A stretch of 64,000 nt of DNA, from positions 128,001 to 192,000 of the forward strand of contig CAXVYR010000003.1 in assembly GCA_963666975.2 (NCBI GenBank). Direction: 5' to 3'. Positions within the stretch are counted from its first letter, which is position 1. Each line of letters begins with the position of its first letter. A program made the position numbers and the translations under genes. This DNA is from Terriglobia bacterium (GTDB taxonomy: Bacteria; Acidobacteriota; Terriglobia; 2-12-FULL-54-10). Of the stretch, positions 41,608-51,819 are shown piece after piece. Below the pieces are notes generated by a model. That model was not told the origin of the DNA, made no database searches, and saw only the letters and a program-made list of their open reading frames with translations.

Positions 41608-43068
41608 CTAACGGGTTCCTGTTCGGAGCCCGACCCCAATTCGGAAAATCTCCGTCCCATCCGGTGTTCTGGTGATGGCCGACAAAAATTGCGGGCTTTC
41701 AAAATACTCGGAGCGCGCCAGAATCTGTAACAGCCCGTAAGCCGACGCCGCGTTTCCGGTCAGGGTCAGAGAATCTCCTGCGTATCGCATCTGCTGCAGC
41801 CACACGTCGTCCGGCAGAAGCCGTGTCAGCTCGCCGAGGATCTCCAGGGGCAAGGCGGCGGTGTTGCTCGCGCCATCGAGAAGCTCCAGCCGCGCAGCGA
41901 TTCGCTGGCTTCTGTTTCGGGCTGTTTCCACCTCCTGCAATTGCGGCTGCAGGGTCAGGATTTCCCGCTCCATGTAACGGTTCAACAACCCGTCCTGGAT
42001 GGTTCCCCGCATGCCTGTCATCACCGCCAGCAACACCACAAGTCCGGAAAGGGCGTAAGTGGGGAAGCGAACCATCGGAGACCGGTACGCCCGTTTTTCT
42101 TCCGGCAGCAGGTTAAAGGAAAGAGGAGGCCGGCGGTCGAGCGCCGCGAAGGCCGCTGCCAACCCGGTGATGTGTTCCCGCAGCCGGAAGTTCGTTGTCC
42201 CCGCGTTCAGGGAAGGGAAAAGCTGCTCGACTGGGGTTACGTTGAATCGCAGATCTTCCGCGATGGGCGGCAAGGTTTTTCCGCAAAGAACCAAAGGCAG
42301 GCGCTCCTCCGGCTCCAGGCGCAGTTCCGAGCGCGCCAGTTCCATCTCTCGTGTTACGGCAAGCTGAAGGTCCCGGTCCTGTTCGGCTCCGCCGCCCGGC
42401 ATGGCAATCTCCCTGGAGACCAGCGCCATGCCCGGTGAGTAACCGATCAGCTCGAAGCTTTCAGCGCCTCCCTTCAGAATAAAGAGCCCTCGGCGTTTCC
42501 CGGCTTCGGTTTCCAGACGCGGCCAGAGTGCCGCGAACAATGCGGCGGTGGTGACGGTGAACTGCGACACGGCAATTCTCGCTTCTTCAAACCAGGATGC
42601 CAGTTCTTCCACAACCTTCTTTTCCGTAATGGCCAGCCTCACTTCCAGGTGCCCCAATCCTGTTGCCCCTTCCTGCGCTGCTATGCCGCCCCACAGGGTC
42701 TTCTCCTCCGGCTTCCACACGGAGTAATCCCAACAGACGCTCTCCTCCTCGAAGGGATGCAGCGCGTCCAGTTGATATCCCACGGCATTCGCCAAGTCCT
42801 TCTCCGCAGCCTGCGGAAGACGCAGCGAGCGAAGCAGCACTGCGGAGCGGGGCAGGGCAACCACCGTCCAGGGAACTTCCAACCTGTTTTTTCGCAGAAA
42901 CTCGCGATACAGTCTGCCGCAGTCCTGAGGTCCCAACTGCTTGTATTGGGGAATTTCCAGGCGGTCTGCCACATGAATGCGATTCCATTGCAGCTTGACG
43001 CAGGTGGCCTGAAGGCTTCCTTCAGAAAAATCGATTCCGATTCCGCTTCGGGGCATGGACCAATTCAT
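41608..43068 (-). CDS. gspL: T2SS protein L (PilM/PilN-like)
   Basis: GIDFS actin-like N-domain, FNLLP, LTRLLPDDVWL. Confidence 0.8.
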   Translation of the reverse strand: MNWSMPRSGIGIDFSEGSLQATCVKLQWNRIHVADRLEIPQYKQLGPQDCGRLYREFLRKNRLEVPWTVVALPRSAVLLRSLRLPQAAEKDLANAVGYQLDALHPFEEESVCWDYSVWKPEEKTLWGGIAAQEGATGLGHLEVRLAITEKKVVEELASWFEEARIAVSQFTVTTAALFAALWPRLETEAGKRRGLFILKGGAESFELIGYSPGMALVSREIAMPGGGAEQDRDLQLAVTREMELARSELRLEPEERLPLVLCGKTLPPIAEDLRFNVTPVEQLFPSLNAGTTNFRLREHITGLAAAFAALDRRPPLSFNLLPEEKRAYRSPMVRFPTYALSGLVVLLAVMTGMRGTIQDGLLNRYMEREILTLQPQLQEVETARNRSQRIAARLELLDGASNTAALPLEILGELTRLLPDDVWLQQMRYAGDSLTLTGNAASAYGLLQILARSEYFESPQFLSAITRTPDGTEIFRIGVGLRTGTR

Positions 43069-44153
43069 CGGCGAATTCCACTCCTTGTTCCGGGATCGCT
43101 CCGTTCCGTTTGGTGCGAGCCGCTCTCGAAAGGCCAGTTGTCCCACCAAGCCAGCACCTGGTGATAGAGCGGCAGGGCGGGTCCAATCCGCACAAGCGCG
43201 CGAACCGAGCGGCGCACGCCGGATTCCGGCAAAGTTCCCGTAGCCGTCAGCGTGTAGATGGGGCCCTGGGCCAATGTCAGTGGCGCGAGGCCGGTGACGG
43301 TCGAAGTCTCCGGGACGGCCAGATGCAGATCCTCCAAGGAGCGAAACGGGGCGGCAGTCCTGGCCTCCACCACAACAGCCGCCATCGAATCGTTCCAGCC
43401 GCGGAGCACTCGCAGAACTTCATAGGGGGCAAAGTTTGGATTTACAGCGAAACCGATGTTCTGTGCCGTCAGCAGGTCTGCCAGCGGAGGCATTCTCAGC
43501 AAGCGGTCTTCCGGGCTGTATTCCACGCGGCCAAAAAACAAGGACCGGCTCATACCCTTTACCGGCAGCAACTCTGCCAGCCGCTCCAGGGGCGCATGCC
43601 GGGCCGGGTAAGGCCGGGGTAAGTTGGCGTAGTGGGAGTCAAAGAGACTGCCCACGTCGGAAGTGCGCGGCGTGCGCCAGTCCACTATGGCGGCTGCCAT
43701 TTCCAGACTGTGGTTGACTGGCAGACCCAGCGAAAAAAATAATGCGGCCAATTGCTCGGCGGAAGCCAGATTGACATTCAACTTGGCATTTTCCGGCACG
43801 ACTTCCACTCGGGAGAATCCGCTGGGGAATTCCTCGCTTGGAAATTGATAGTCCAGCCATCTTTGCCCGGGGCGATAGTCAACCGACCCGTCGTCAGCCG
43901 CACGACCCGTGGCTGGAGCCACAGCGGAGCGGACAATGGAATAAATGGCGGCTTCGATGCCTCCCCGCGCCAGATAGTAGCTGCGCTGGGATTCGATCTG
44001 GTTGCTGACGGCCTCCACCTCGGTGCGAACCAGATAGGAGGTGGTCATGCCCATAAAACTCAGAGCAATGGTCAGCCAGAGGACTGCGAGCAGCGCTACT
44101 CCCCGCTGCTTCTTCGCTCCGTTTATTTTCTTTACCCCGAGTGATCTCTTCAT
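43065..44153 (-). CDS. gspK: T2SS minor pseudopilin K
   Basis: RGVALLAVLW, ENAKLNVN, AIVDWR. Confidence 0.88.
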   Translation of the reverse strand: MKRSLGVKKINGAKKQRGVALLAVLWLTIALSFMGMTTSYLVRTEVEAVSNQIESQRSYYLARGGIEAAIYSIVRSAVAPATGRAADDGSVDYRPGQRWLDYQFPSEEFPSGFSRVEVVPENAKLNVNLASAEQLAALFFSLGLPVNHSLEMAAAIVDWRTPRTSDVGSLFDSHYANLPRPYPARHAPLERLAELLPVKGMSRSLFFGRVEYSPEDRLLRMPPLADLLTAQNIGFAVNPNFAPYEVLRVLRGWNDSMAAVVVEARTAAPFRSLEDLHLAVPETSTVTGLAPLTLAQGPIYTLTATGTLPESGVRRSVRALVRIGPALPLYHQVLAWWDNWPFESGSHQTERSDPGTRSGIRR

Positions 44154-44866
44154 TCCGGCCTCAGAGAAAAATCCCGGATAGCGGAGGTAATAGACACCGG
44201 CGTCAGCTCGCTGGAATCCGAGGAGGCTACGGCGCGGATGGCCATGCTCCTCGGCAATTCCTCGTTGAAGCTTGTCCACTGATCCGTCCAAACTCCGGGT
44301 TCCGACGAACGATAGCTGTAATATTCAAAGTGGCATTCCTCCAGATCATCGAGCAGCACCACTGTTTGAGGTCCGCGCTCGAACGGCGCAAACTGCAGGA
44401 TTCTTCCCCTGGGGTTTACCTCTGCCCCCGCAATGAGGGCTCCCAACTCTTCTTTGCTGTTTACCGGAAATTCATTCAGCAACAATTGCTTGGTTCCTCC
44501 CGCTTGCTCCGTTATCTGATACTCGATGCGGTAAAGACCCGAACGCGCACGGCTTGTCAGAGAGTAACGGCTAAGAAAGCGGGCTGCCTGCGGCTCCCCT
44601 TGAAAAAAGAATTCCTGGCCGCCCTGCCGGGTGCGTGCCCGGTAGGGGACCATGGAGGCCATCTGTTGCTGCAAGAGATGATGGGTCGCCAGGACCTTCC
44701 GGTCCTGGGAAAGGCGGCTGTTCGCCCTTTGCCACGCCGAGGTAGCGATCCTCCATCCGAACAGGATGATCGTCGCCAGCAGGGAGACGATGGTGATCGA
44801 GATGAGAAGTTCGAGCAACGTAAAGCCCCCGGCCCGTCGGGTTCTCAGTGAGAGGTTTTTTGTCAT
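44150..44866 (-). CDS. gspJ: T2SS minor pseudopilin J
   Basis: GFTLLELL prepilin motif; operon position. Confidence 0.8.
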   Translation of the reverse strand: MTKNLSLRTRRAGGFTLLELLISITIVSLLATIILFGWRIATSAWQRANSRLSQDRKVLATHHLLQQQMASMVPYRARTRQGGQEFFFQGEPQAARFLSRYSLTSRARSGLYRIEYQITEQAGGTKQLLLNEFPVNSKEELGALIAGAEVNPRGRILQFAPFERGPQTVVLLDDLEECHFEYYSYRSSEPGVWTDQWTSFNEELPRSMAIRAVASSDSSELTPVSITSAIRDFSLRPE

Positions 44867-45327
44867 CGTAGCGTTCTCTGCGGTTCCCTGCGAAGCTGAT
44901 AGGTCTCAAACGACAGCTTCTTCTCTTCATTTTCCGGGCCGGACTCCCAGAGCACGTCCAGCTCGACGCGCACCAGGATGGTCTCTCCTGGCGCCGGTTC
45001 CGTAGAGGAGCGGAAGCGGGTGCTGCGTGATTCCCAGCGGAACCGCTCGTCCCAGCGCCCTTGAATCTTTTCATCTAGCGGTGTTTCTGCCATGACCCCG
45101 TCATCGGTTTCAAAACCCGCTGCCAGCAGTTCATTCAGCTTGCTCGGGCCGAGCAGCAACGCCTGTTCCGGCGCTTGGAGCCGGCTGAGGTTGCCGAGCG
45201 CGCCGGAAAGCAGCCCGAACAAAGCCGCAACGGCGGTTCCCAGGATCGCGGTGGCAACCAGGACTTCGAGCAATGTGAAGCCCTTCTCCAACAACGGCGA
45301 CGGATTTTTTCGGTCCGTGAGTTTCAT
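44863..45327 (-). CDS. gspI: T2SS minor pseudopilin I
   Basis: GFTLLEVLVA prepilin motif. Confidence 0.8.
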   Translation of the reverse strand: MKLTDRKNPSPLLEKGFTLLEVLVATAILGTAVAALFGLLSGALGNLSRLQAPEQALLLGPSKLNELLAAGFETDDGVMAETPLDEKIQGRWDERFRWESRSTRFRSSTEPAPGETILVRVELDVLWESGPENEEKKLSFETYQLRREPQRTLR

Positions 45328-45836
45328 AGGCCGGTTACTTTCGGGAAGCCGGTCAAGGGGTCGGTTGATACCTGCACCTTCCGGCGAGGGTTTTCCAGCA
45401 CGACTTGGAATGGCTCCGAGCCTCCGTCGGGCGAAAACAGAAACCGCCGAATCCGTGAAGGAGCATCCTCCTCGTCGGGGAGAATCTCCCCGATACGGAT
45501 CGCTGCCGGAAGCTCAAAGCTTCGGCGACTGGCACCGCCGCTTTGGCCGGTATTGGTGGTATCGTCCATATCCATATCCATGACGGAGATCGTCCCGGTT
45601 TCCGTATCGATCTCCAGTTGAAAAAAGCTTTGACGGTAGATGGCCTGATCGCGGGCGTACTTGGCTGCGGCAGCCAGCCGCCGTGCCGAGGAGCGCAGCT
45701 CCAGCGTGCTGAGCCCGGAACGAACGGAAGGAAACACCACGGCCAGTAAAATGGAGGCTAGTGCAGCGACCACCAGCAACTCCAGCAAAGTAATCCCGCG
45801 CTGTGGGGTTTTCTTGTTGTTCACCGGTATAACCAT
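45324..45836 (-). CDS. gspH: T2SS minor pseudopilin H
   Basis: GITLLELLVV; FSPDGG. Confidence 0.8.
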   Translation of the reverse strand: MVIPVNNKKTPQRGITLLELLVVAALASILLAVVFPSVRSGLSTLELRSSARRLAAAAKYARDQAIYRQSFFQLEIDTETGTISVMDMDMDDTTNTGQSGGASRRSFELPAAIRIGEILPDEEDAPSRIRRFLFSPDGGSEPFQVVLENPRRKVQVSTDPLTGFPKVTGL

Positions 45837-45873
45837 TGTGTTTGTGAAAACTCCCGCTTGCCGCCGCCGCTTC

Positions 45874-46425
45874 CTATCGAGTGCTCCAGCTTACGATGTC
45901 GGCATCTTCTTCTTCGCCGCCCGTTCGCCCATCCGCTCCCAGAGAAATGATGTCCGGCTCATCGCCGTGTTCGCCTGGGAACTGGTAAACGTATTCATTG
46001 CCCCAAGGGTCCAGGGGAATCTCCTGCGGCAGGTAAGGGCCGTCCCATCGATTTACTTCCTCCGGCGAGGTCCTCAATGCCTCCAGCCCTTGTTCGGTTG
46101 TGGGAAAACGGCTGGTGTCCAGCTTGTAAATGCCCAGCGCGGTTTGGAAGGAACTGATCTGCGCACGCGCCGCCGTGGCCCGTGACCTGCCCACCTGCCG
46201 GAAGAGGCGCGGACCCACCAGCGATGCGAACAGCGCAATGATGGTCACCACGACGAGCAGTTCAATGAGGGTCACGCCTGCTTCGCGATTGCGGCCTCTC
46301 CATGGGGTAACAGGTTGTCTTTTTTCCGCTTTGCGACTTGCGCTTTGCATCGTGCACCTCACACTTGAATGGGACATCCTAGAATGGGACGTCCTGGAAC
46401 GGAACATCCTAGAACGGAACATCAT
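45874..46425 (-). CDS. gspG: T2SS major pseudopilin G (start uncertain)
   Basis: GVTLIELLVV, PTTEQGLEAL, WDGPYL, DPWGNEY, SLGADG. Confidence 0.95.
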   Translation of the reverse strand: MMFRSRMFRSRTSHSRMSHSSVRCTMQSASRKAEKRQPVTPWRGRNREAGVTLIELLVVVTIIALFASLVGPRLFRQVGRSRATAARAQISSFQTALGIYKLDTSRFPTTEQGLEALRTSPEEVNRWDGPYLPQEIPLDPWGNEYVYQFPGEHGDEPDIISLGADGRTGGEEEDADIVSWSTR

Positions 46426-47668
46426 TGATGCTGGTGATGGCCAGCAACAGGGAAAGCACGATCACTCCGACCGTGAGTCCCATGCCCAAAATCACTACCG
46501 GTTCAAACAACGCGGTGAGCCGCCGGATGGCGACGCGCGTTTCATTCTCATAGATCGTTGCCAATCTTTCGAACATGCTGTCCAGGTGTCCGGTTTCTTC
46601 GCCCACCCGCAGCAGGTGTCCCGCCAGCGGAGGAAAGGCGCCGGACTTGCCAACCGGAGCCGCGATGCCCTCGCCGCGTTTCACAGCCTGAGCCACACTG
46701 CCGAGCGACCGCGCGATCACGGTATTGGCAATCATCTCCTTCACAATGCCGAGCGATTGCACCAGGGGAACACTGTTAGCCACCAGCGTGGACATAGTCC
46801 TGGCGAAGCGGGCCGTTTCCGCCTTCCGAAGCAGCTCGCCCACCACGGGAAGGCGGAGCTGGAAGCGGTCCCAGCGCTCGCGGCCAGCCGGCGTGCGGAT
46901 TGCGCGGCGAAAGAAAAAAATCCCTGCGACGGCAGCCAGGAGAGCTACAACGCCATATCGCTGGAGCATCTCGCTCGCTCGCAGCAGCAGGTAAGTAGGC
47001 AGCGGCATCGGCAATCCGGTGGATTCAAAAACCTGGGCGAAGCGGGGAATCACAAAGTTCATCAGCACCAGAATGGAACCGATCGCCACCAGGCTCAGCA
47101 TCGCGGGATAGATCATCGACGAGATCAAATGGCCGCGCCATTCCGCCGCCGATGATTCAAACTCCGCCAGCCGCTCAAAAACCAGATGCAATGCGCCGCT
47201 GGCCTGCCCCGCGCGCACCATGTTGACGTATAGCTTGGAGAAGACTCTGCCCTGCGCCGCCAAGGCATCGGCTAGCGACTTGCCCGACTTCACCTCGCGC
47301 AGCACGCCGGAGATGATCTCCCGGAAGGCCTTGCTTTCGGTGAGTTCTAAACAGATCGACAAAGCGCGATCCAGCGGGACGCCGGCGTTCAGCAAGGTGG
47401 AAAGTTCTTGCGTGAAGCGGAGGCGGTCATGGCTTGTTACGCGCCTGCCAACCAGGTTGCTCCAGGATTTGGTCCCGATGGAATTCAGAAAGGAACTCAG
47501 CCAGCTCTCGCTCCGTGTGGCGGAATCCCCTTGCGACAGGCCAACGTACACAGGCACAAGCCCCAGAGCTTGCAGTTCCCGGGCAACACCTTTTTCTGAG
47601 GCGCCATCCTGCACTCCTTGTTCCATACGGCCGGCGGAGGTTACAGCCCGATAATAATAGGTAGCCAT
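46409..47668 (-). CDS. gspF: T2SS inner-membrane platform protein F
   Basis: LLNAGVPL, YVNMVRAG, VGEETG, two T2SSF domains. Confidence 0.92.
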   Translation of the reverse strand: MATYYYRAVTSAGRMEQGVQDGASEKGVARELQALGLVPVYVGLSQGDSATRSESWLSSFLNSIGTKSWSNLVGRRVTSHDRLRFTQELSTLLNAGVPLDRALSICLELTESKAFREIISGVLREVKSGKSLADALAAQGRVFSKLYVNMVRAGQASGALHLVFERLAEFESSAAEWRGHLISSMIYPAMLSLVAIGSILVLMNFVIPRFAQVFESTGLPMPLPTYLLLRASEMLQRYGVVALLAAVAGIFFFRRAIRTPAGRERWDRFQLRLPVVGELLRKAETARFARTMSTLVANSVPLVQSLGIVKEMIANTVIARSLGSVAQAVKRGEGIAAPVGKSGAFPPLAGHLLRVGEETGHLDSMFERLATIYENETRVAIRRLTALFEPVVILGMGLTVGVIVLSLLLAITSINDVPF

Positions 47669-47720
47669 AATTGTTCTGTTCTTCCGCCCGGAATGCAAAC
47701 GGGTTGCCTGCCCAGCTTCG

Positions 47721-49400
47721 CTAGAACTCCTGTGTCACCCGCAAGATCTCTTCAGGAGTGGTGATTCCGGCGGCCACCTTCTGCTGCCCGTCCTCGCGCA
47801 GGGTGCGCATGCCTTGGGCGCGCGCGGCGCGGGCCAGAGTGCCGGCGTCGGAGTTAGCCAGGATCATCTTGCGGATTTCCTCGTTGAGTTCCATCATTTC
47901 GAAAATTCCCACGCGAGATCGAAAGCCTGTGTGCGAACAGGCTTCGCACCCTGCGCCGCGGCAAACCCGATATTCACCCTCCGGGGCATCAAAACCCAGC
48001 GAGCGCAGCCAGTCTCCCGCGACAGTCTCTTCCTGTTTGCATTCCGGGCAGTTCACCCGGACCAGCCGCTGCGCCAGAACGGCGACCAGCGACGAAGTGA
48101 GCAGGTAGCTTTCTACTCCCATATCCGTCAAGCGGGTAATGGCGCTGGGGGCGTCGTTGGTGTGCAGGGTGCTGAAGACCAGGTGCCCGGTCAGGGCGGC
48201 GCGGATAGCGATTTCCGCCGTCTCGCGGTCACGGATTTCCCCCACCATGATGACATCCGGGTCCTGGCGCACGATGTGCCGCAAGCCGGAGGCGAAGGTG
48301 AGCCCGATCTGGGTGTTGACGTGAATCTGGTTGATCCCGTCCATCTGGTATTCGACCGGGTCCTCGATGGTAATGATTTTCCGGTCGAGGGTGTTGATCC
48401 CCTTCAACGCGCTGTAGAGGGTTGTGGATTTGCCGCTGCCGGTGGGACCCGTCACCAAAAAAATTCCATACGGGCGGGAGGAAAAATGCTCCATGCGCGC
48501 CAGCAAGGCGTCGGGAAAGCCTAAACGCCCCAGCTCGTAACGGTCGCTTTCGCTGCGGTCGAGCAGGCGCATGACCACGCCCTCACCGTGAAGAGTGGGC
48601 AGCGTGGAGACGCGCAAATCCACGTCCCGGCCCAGAATCTTCAGTTGAATGCGGCCGTCCTGTGGCAGGCGGTGCTCGGCAATGTTCAGCTTGGCCATCA
48701 GCTTGACGCGGGATAACACCGCCGATTGCAAGGGGCGGGGAGGCGCCTCCACCGGATGCAGCACTCCGTCCAGGCGGTAACGGACCTGAAATTGTTTCTC
48801 GAGCGGTTCCAGATGGATGTCGCTGGCGCGCCGCTCCACCGCATGGGCAATCAAGTTGTTGACCAAACGAATGACGGGAACCTCGCTGGCCATATCCCGC
48901 AGATGCTCGATGTCTTCCTCGGACTGGGGGGGTGTCTCTGCCGTGGCAGTGCGAGGCGTTTCCGTTTCTGTTTCGGGATAGTATCGCTCGATCGCCGCCA
49001 GGATTTCCTGTTCGGAGCAGAGCAGCGCCTTCACCTCCATTTGAGTGGAGAGGCGTACGGCCGCGATCGTCTCGAAATCGAGCGGGTCCGACATGGCCAG
49101 GGTAATCTCTGAGTCTTCCACCCGAACCGGCACAAAATGAAATTGGCGCATAAACCGCAAGGAAATGCCGCCCGGCTCGGGAGCGACGGCAGGGAAGTCC
49201 CGGGCAGTCGTCAGTGGAATTTCCAGTTGCTCGGAGAGCGTTGCCAGAACGTCGCGCGAGGAGACAAACCCCATGTCCACCACAATGCGTCCCAGTTTTT
49301 CCTGCCGCTCGCGCTGGAGGGCCAGCGACTTCTCCAGTTCGTCCGCCTGAAGCAGGTTTCGCTCCATCAACATTTCACCGAGCCGTTTTCGGGAAGCCAT
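47721..49400 (-). CDS. gspE: T2SS ATPase E
   Basis: ASDIHLEP, GPTGSGKSTT, RQDPDVIMVGEIRD, CPEC...CEAC. Confidence 0.95.
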   Translation of the reverse strand: MASRKRLGEMLMERNLLQADELEKSLALQRERQEKLGRIVVDMGFVSSRDVLATLSEQLEIPLTTARDFPAVAPEPGGISLRFMRQFHFVPVRVEDSEITLAMSDPLDFETIAAVRLSTQMEVKALLCSEQEILAAIERYYPETETETPRTATAETPPQSEEDIEHLRDMASEVPVIRLVNNLIAHAVERRASDIHLEPLEKQFQVRYRLDGVLHPVEAPPRPLQSAVLSRVKLMAKLNIAEHRLPQDGRIQLKILGRDVDLRVSTLPTLHGEGVVMRLLDRSESDRYELGRLGFPDALLARMEHFSSRPYGIFLVTGPTGSGKSTTLYSALKGINTLDRKIITIEDPVEYQMDGINQIHVNTQIGLTFASGLRHIVRQDPDVIMVGEIRDRETAEIAIRAALTGHLVFSTLHTNDAPSAITRLTDMGVESYLLTSSLVAVLAQRLVRVNCPECKQEETVAGDWLRSLGFDAPEGEYRVCRGAGCEACSHTGFRSRVGIFEMMELNEEIRKMILANSDAGTLARAARAQGMRTLREDGQQKVAAGITTPEEILRVTQEF

Positions 49401-49444
49401 AGCGTGTGCTGTTTCTTTCTCCGGGAATCTTTAATACTCCAGAG

Positions 49445-50098
49445 CTAGAACTCCAGAAAGGATTCCTTTTGCCGAAAGTCTTCGGCTGTCAGGCGGCGTG
49501 CCTGATAATCGAGCAATTTTTGGCGGCGGATCGTGATTCCCACCTGCATCGGCAAGCCTTCGTTCTCTTCTACCGGAAGATTGAAGAGGTGAACCACGAC
49601 CGCGAGGTTGTCTTCGGGGCGCATCGCGTTCAAGCTTCCGCCATACCCCAGCACCAGATCGCTCAGGGTATTTTTGAGTTGCTGAATCCGTTCTTCCTTC
49701 GATTCCTGCACTTTTTGCAGTTCCTCCGGCGTGTAGGGCCGGAGGTCGAAAGGCGAGATCAGCCGCATCGGGTGCAGGTTGACTTCCAGGTGGAAGGCCA
49801 CGCCAAAACCCGGCAGAACTATTCCTTTGGCATCCTGCAGCAGAGAAAAAGGCCGTTCAAAGGTCTGTTGGATGCTGCGGTTGAGGACATCCTGAAAGAT
49901 TTGCATTTGATTTTTCAAGGCGTGCCGGTCCATCTCTGCTGGGAGAGACGCACTTCCGCCCGCCTGGCCGGAGGAAGCGTTCCGGCTGCTGCGCGGCATC
50001 AGAGCGTTGCTTCCACTTTCCATTTGTGCGAACGAAAGTGAGTTTACCCACAAGCTCGCAGCGAAAAGAAAACCGAAAATTCGCAGATTCTTTTTCAT
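49445..50098 (-). CDS. exported hypothetical protein (ECF-associated)
   Basis: Signal peptide (SFA-Q); follows the anti-sigma gene. Confidence 0.6.
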   Translation of the reverse strand: MKKNLRIFGFLFAASLWVNSLSFAQMESGSNALMPRSSRNASSGQAGGSASLPAEMDRHALKNQMQIFQDVLNRSIQQTFERPFSLLQDAKGIVLPGFGVAFHLEVNLHPMRLISPFDLRPYTPEELQKVQESKEERIQQLKNTLSDLVLGYGGSLNAMRPEDNLAVVVHLFNLPVEENEGLPMQVGITIRRQKLLDYQARRLTAEDFRQKESFLEF

Positions 50099-50156
50099 CC
50101 GATCCCTCCCCGAAGCGCACCCCCGGAGCGTATCCAAAGATGCGCCGGTAGTCTGT

Positions 50157-50840
50157 TTATTGCTGTACGGGCAGCGCCGACCCGGCTTGGCGCACCAATG
50201 CTCCCATCATGTATTGGCTCTGCACCTGTTCTTTCCACATCATGGTTTGGGTGGCCTGGAAATAACGGACGCTCTCGGCCATCTCCCGGAGGTCGCGACG
50301 CCGCTGCTGTTCGGCTTGTTGTGCAGCCGCTTCCACGAGCAGGGTGGCGTTGTTCTGTTGGCTGGTTTCGCTGGCGGCCACGGCCTCGGCGATCAGTTCG
50401 AGAGCTTCAGCACGCGAAAGAGCGCGAGAGTCTGCCGTCGCCGGAGTTTCATTAGCCGAGGTCTCCGGGGAAGTGACGGCTGCCGGAACGCCGAAAGCAA
50501 TTTGGAAACTTCCCTCTTCGTAGGAAATGGTGGTCCGGAACAGCGCCAGCAGCGCGATGGCGATGCACAGAAGCCCTCCTCCGGCCATTGCCAGCCGGGC
50601 CCCGGCAGGCCAGAACGCCCCCCACCGGCTGACGGGCTCCGCCACCACGGCAATCTTTTGGGGAATCGCCTCGGAAGCTTCCCCGCGAACCAGCAGAGCC
50701 ATTGTCTGCTTGAGCTGGGCAAACTCTTCCGCGCAGGCGCCGCAGTCCTGCAAATGGCGTCCGATTTCTTCCCGGTCCTTGCCGGAGGTTTCCTCCAGCA
50801 GGTATTCCACCAAAACTAATTTGGCTTGCTCGCAGTTCAT
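50157..50840 (-). CDS. zf-HC2 anti-sigma factor
   Basis: MNCE...HLQDCGAC, single TM helix. Confidence 0.88.
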   Translation of the reverse strand: MNCEQAKLVLVEYLLEETSGKDREEIGRHLQDCGACAEEFAQLKQTMALLVRGEASEAIPQKIAVVAEPVSRWGAFWPAGARLAMAGGGLLCIAIALLALFRTTISYEEGSFQIAFGVPAAVTSPETSANETPATADSRALSRAEALELIAEAVAASETSQQNNATLLVEAAAQQAEQQRRRDLREMAESVRYFQATQTMMWKEQVQSQYMMGALVRQAGSALPVQQ

Positions 50841-50957
50841 CTGGAACTCCTTTGAGAACGCAGCGGACGGGGAATTTCCTGCGAGAGCAAAAAAGTTTTG
50901 CCCTGTTTCCCCGGATTGCTTACGTTCCGGTTAACCGTTCGAATCAACTGGGGAGTC

Positions 50958-51569
50958 TTACCGCCGGCGCTCGAAAACAGCAGGTGTTGTTCGATGGGGT
51001 GTCAGCACGGTCTTGAGTTGCGCAAACCCCGCGTAAATTCTGGATTTTACCGTGCTCACCGGGCAGGCGAGGATCTCTGCGATTTCGGCAAACCGGAACC
51101 CGTGATATACCTTCAGCACGATCGCTTCCCGCTGTTCCGGTGTCAGAGTTTCCAAAGCCTTCCTCACCGTGAGCTCCAGTTCCAATCCGGCCACCGACCT
51201 TGCCGGGCCGATTGGAATCGCGGAGGTCTTCGATTGGAAAAAAGCGCCTTCCCCATCTTCTTCCGGCCAGCTTTCCGCACGCTCCAAAGGGGTCCTGCTC
51301 CGGAAGTGCGAATTGGCCAGATTGTGGGCGATTCGAAAGAGCCACTGCGGAAACTTTTCTGAATCTGCCAGGGTACCGAGACTGCGGTACGCTTTCAGGA
51401 ACGCTTCCTGGCAGAGATCCAGGGAATCCTCCCGGTTGCCGAGCAGGCGAAGCAGATAATTGTAGAGACGCTTTTCCCAGCGCGTGACCAGCGCGTTGAA
51501 CGCCTCTACATTGCCGTCGCGTGCTCTTGCCACCAAACGGGCATCCGGCTCCTTGCGAAGAAACAACAC
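50958..51569 (-). CDS. ECF RNA polymerase sigma factor
   Basis: DLCQEAFLKAY, WLFRIAHN, EIAEIL..STVKSRI. Confidence 0.92.
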   Translation of the reverse strand: MLFLRKEPDARLVARARDGNVEAFNALVTRWEKRLYNYLLRLLGNREDSLDLCQEAFLKAYRSLGTLADSEKFPQWLFRIAHNLANSHFRSRTPLERAESWPEEDGEGAFFQSKTSAIPIGPARSVAGLELELTVRKALETLTPEQREAIVLKVYHGFRFAEIAEILACPVSTVKSRIYAGFAQLKTVLTPHRTTPAVFERRR

Positions 51570-51784
51570 CCGACTCCCAATAGGAAAGACGCCAGAGGAC
51601 GAGAAAAAGTCTGGACGTCTGAAAAATTTCTTTCACTATAGCATAGGAAAACGGTCCCTCAGAGGTAACTCAACTGATGCGCTGGACAGTCGCCAGTCCG
51701 AGCCGTGCTGCTTGGCCAGGCTTTGCCGAAGGGTGCGTCAGCGATCTAATCGCGGCTCGCAGAGCTGAGACAGCTAGGAGACAA

Positions 51785-51813
51785 TTGACAATTGTCAGTA
51801 ACCACGCTACCAT
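51785..51813 (+). promoter_or_regulatory. higBA sigma70 promoter with overlapping palindrome
   Basis: TTGACA-17-TACCAT ending 6 nt before the GTG start; palindrome TGACAATTGTCA at 51786-51797. Confidence 0.65.
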
Positions 51814-51819
51814 CGGTTC

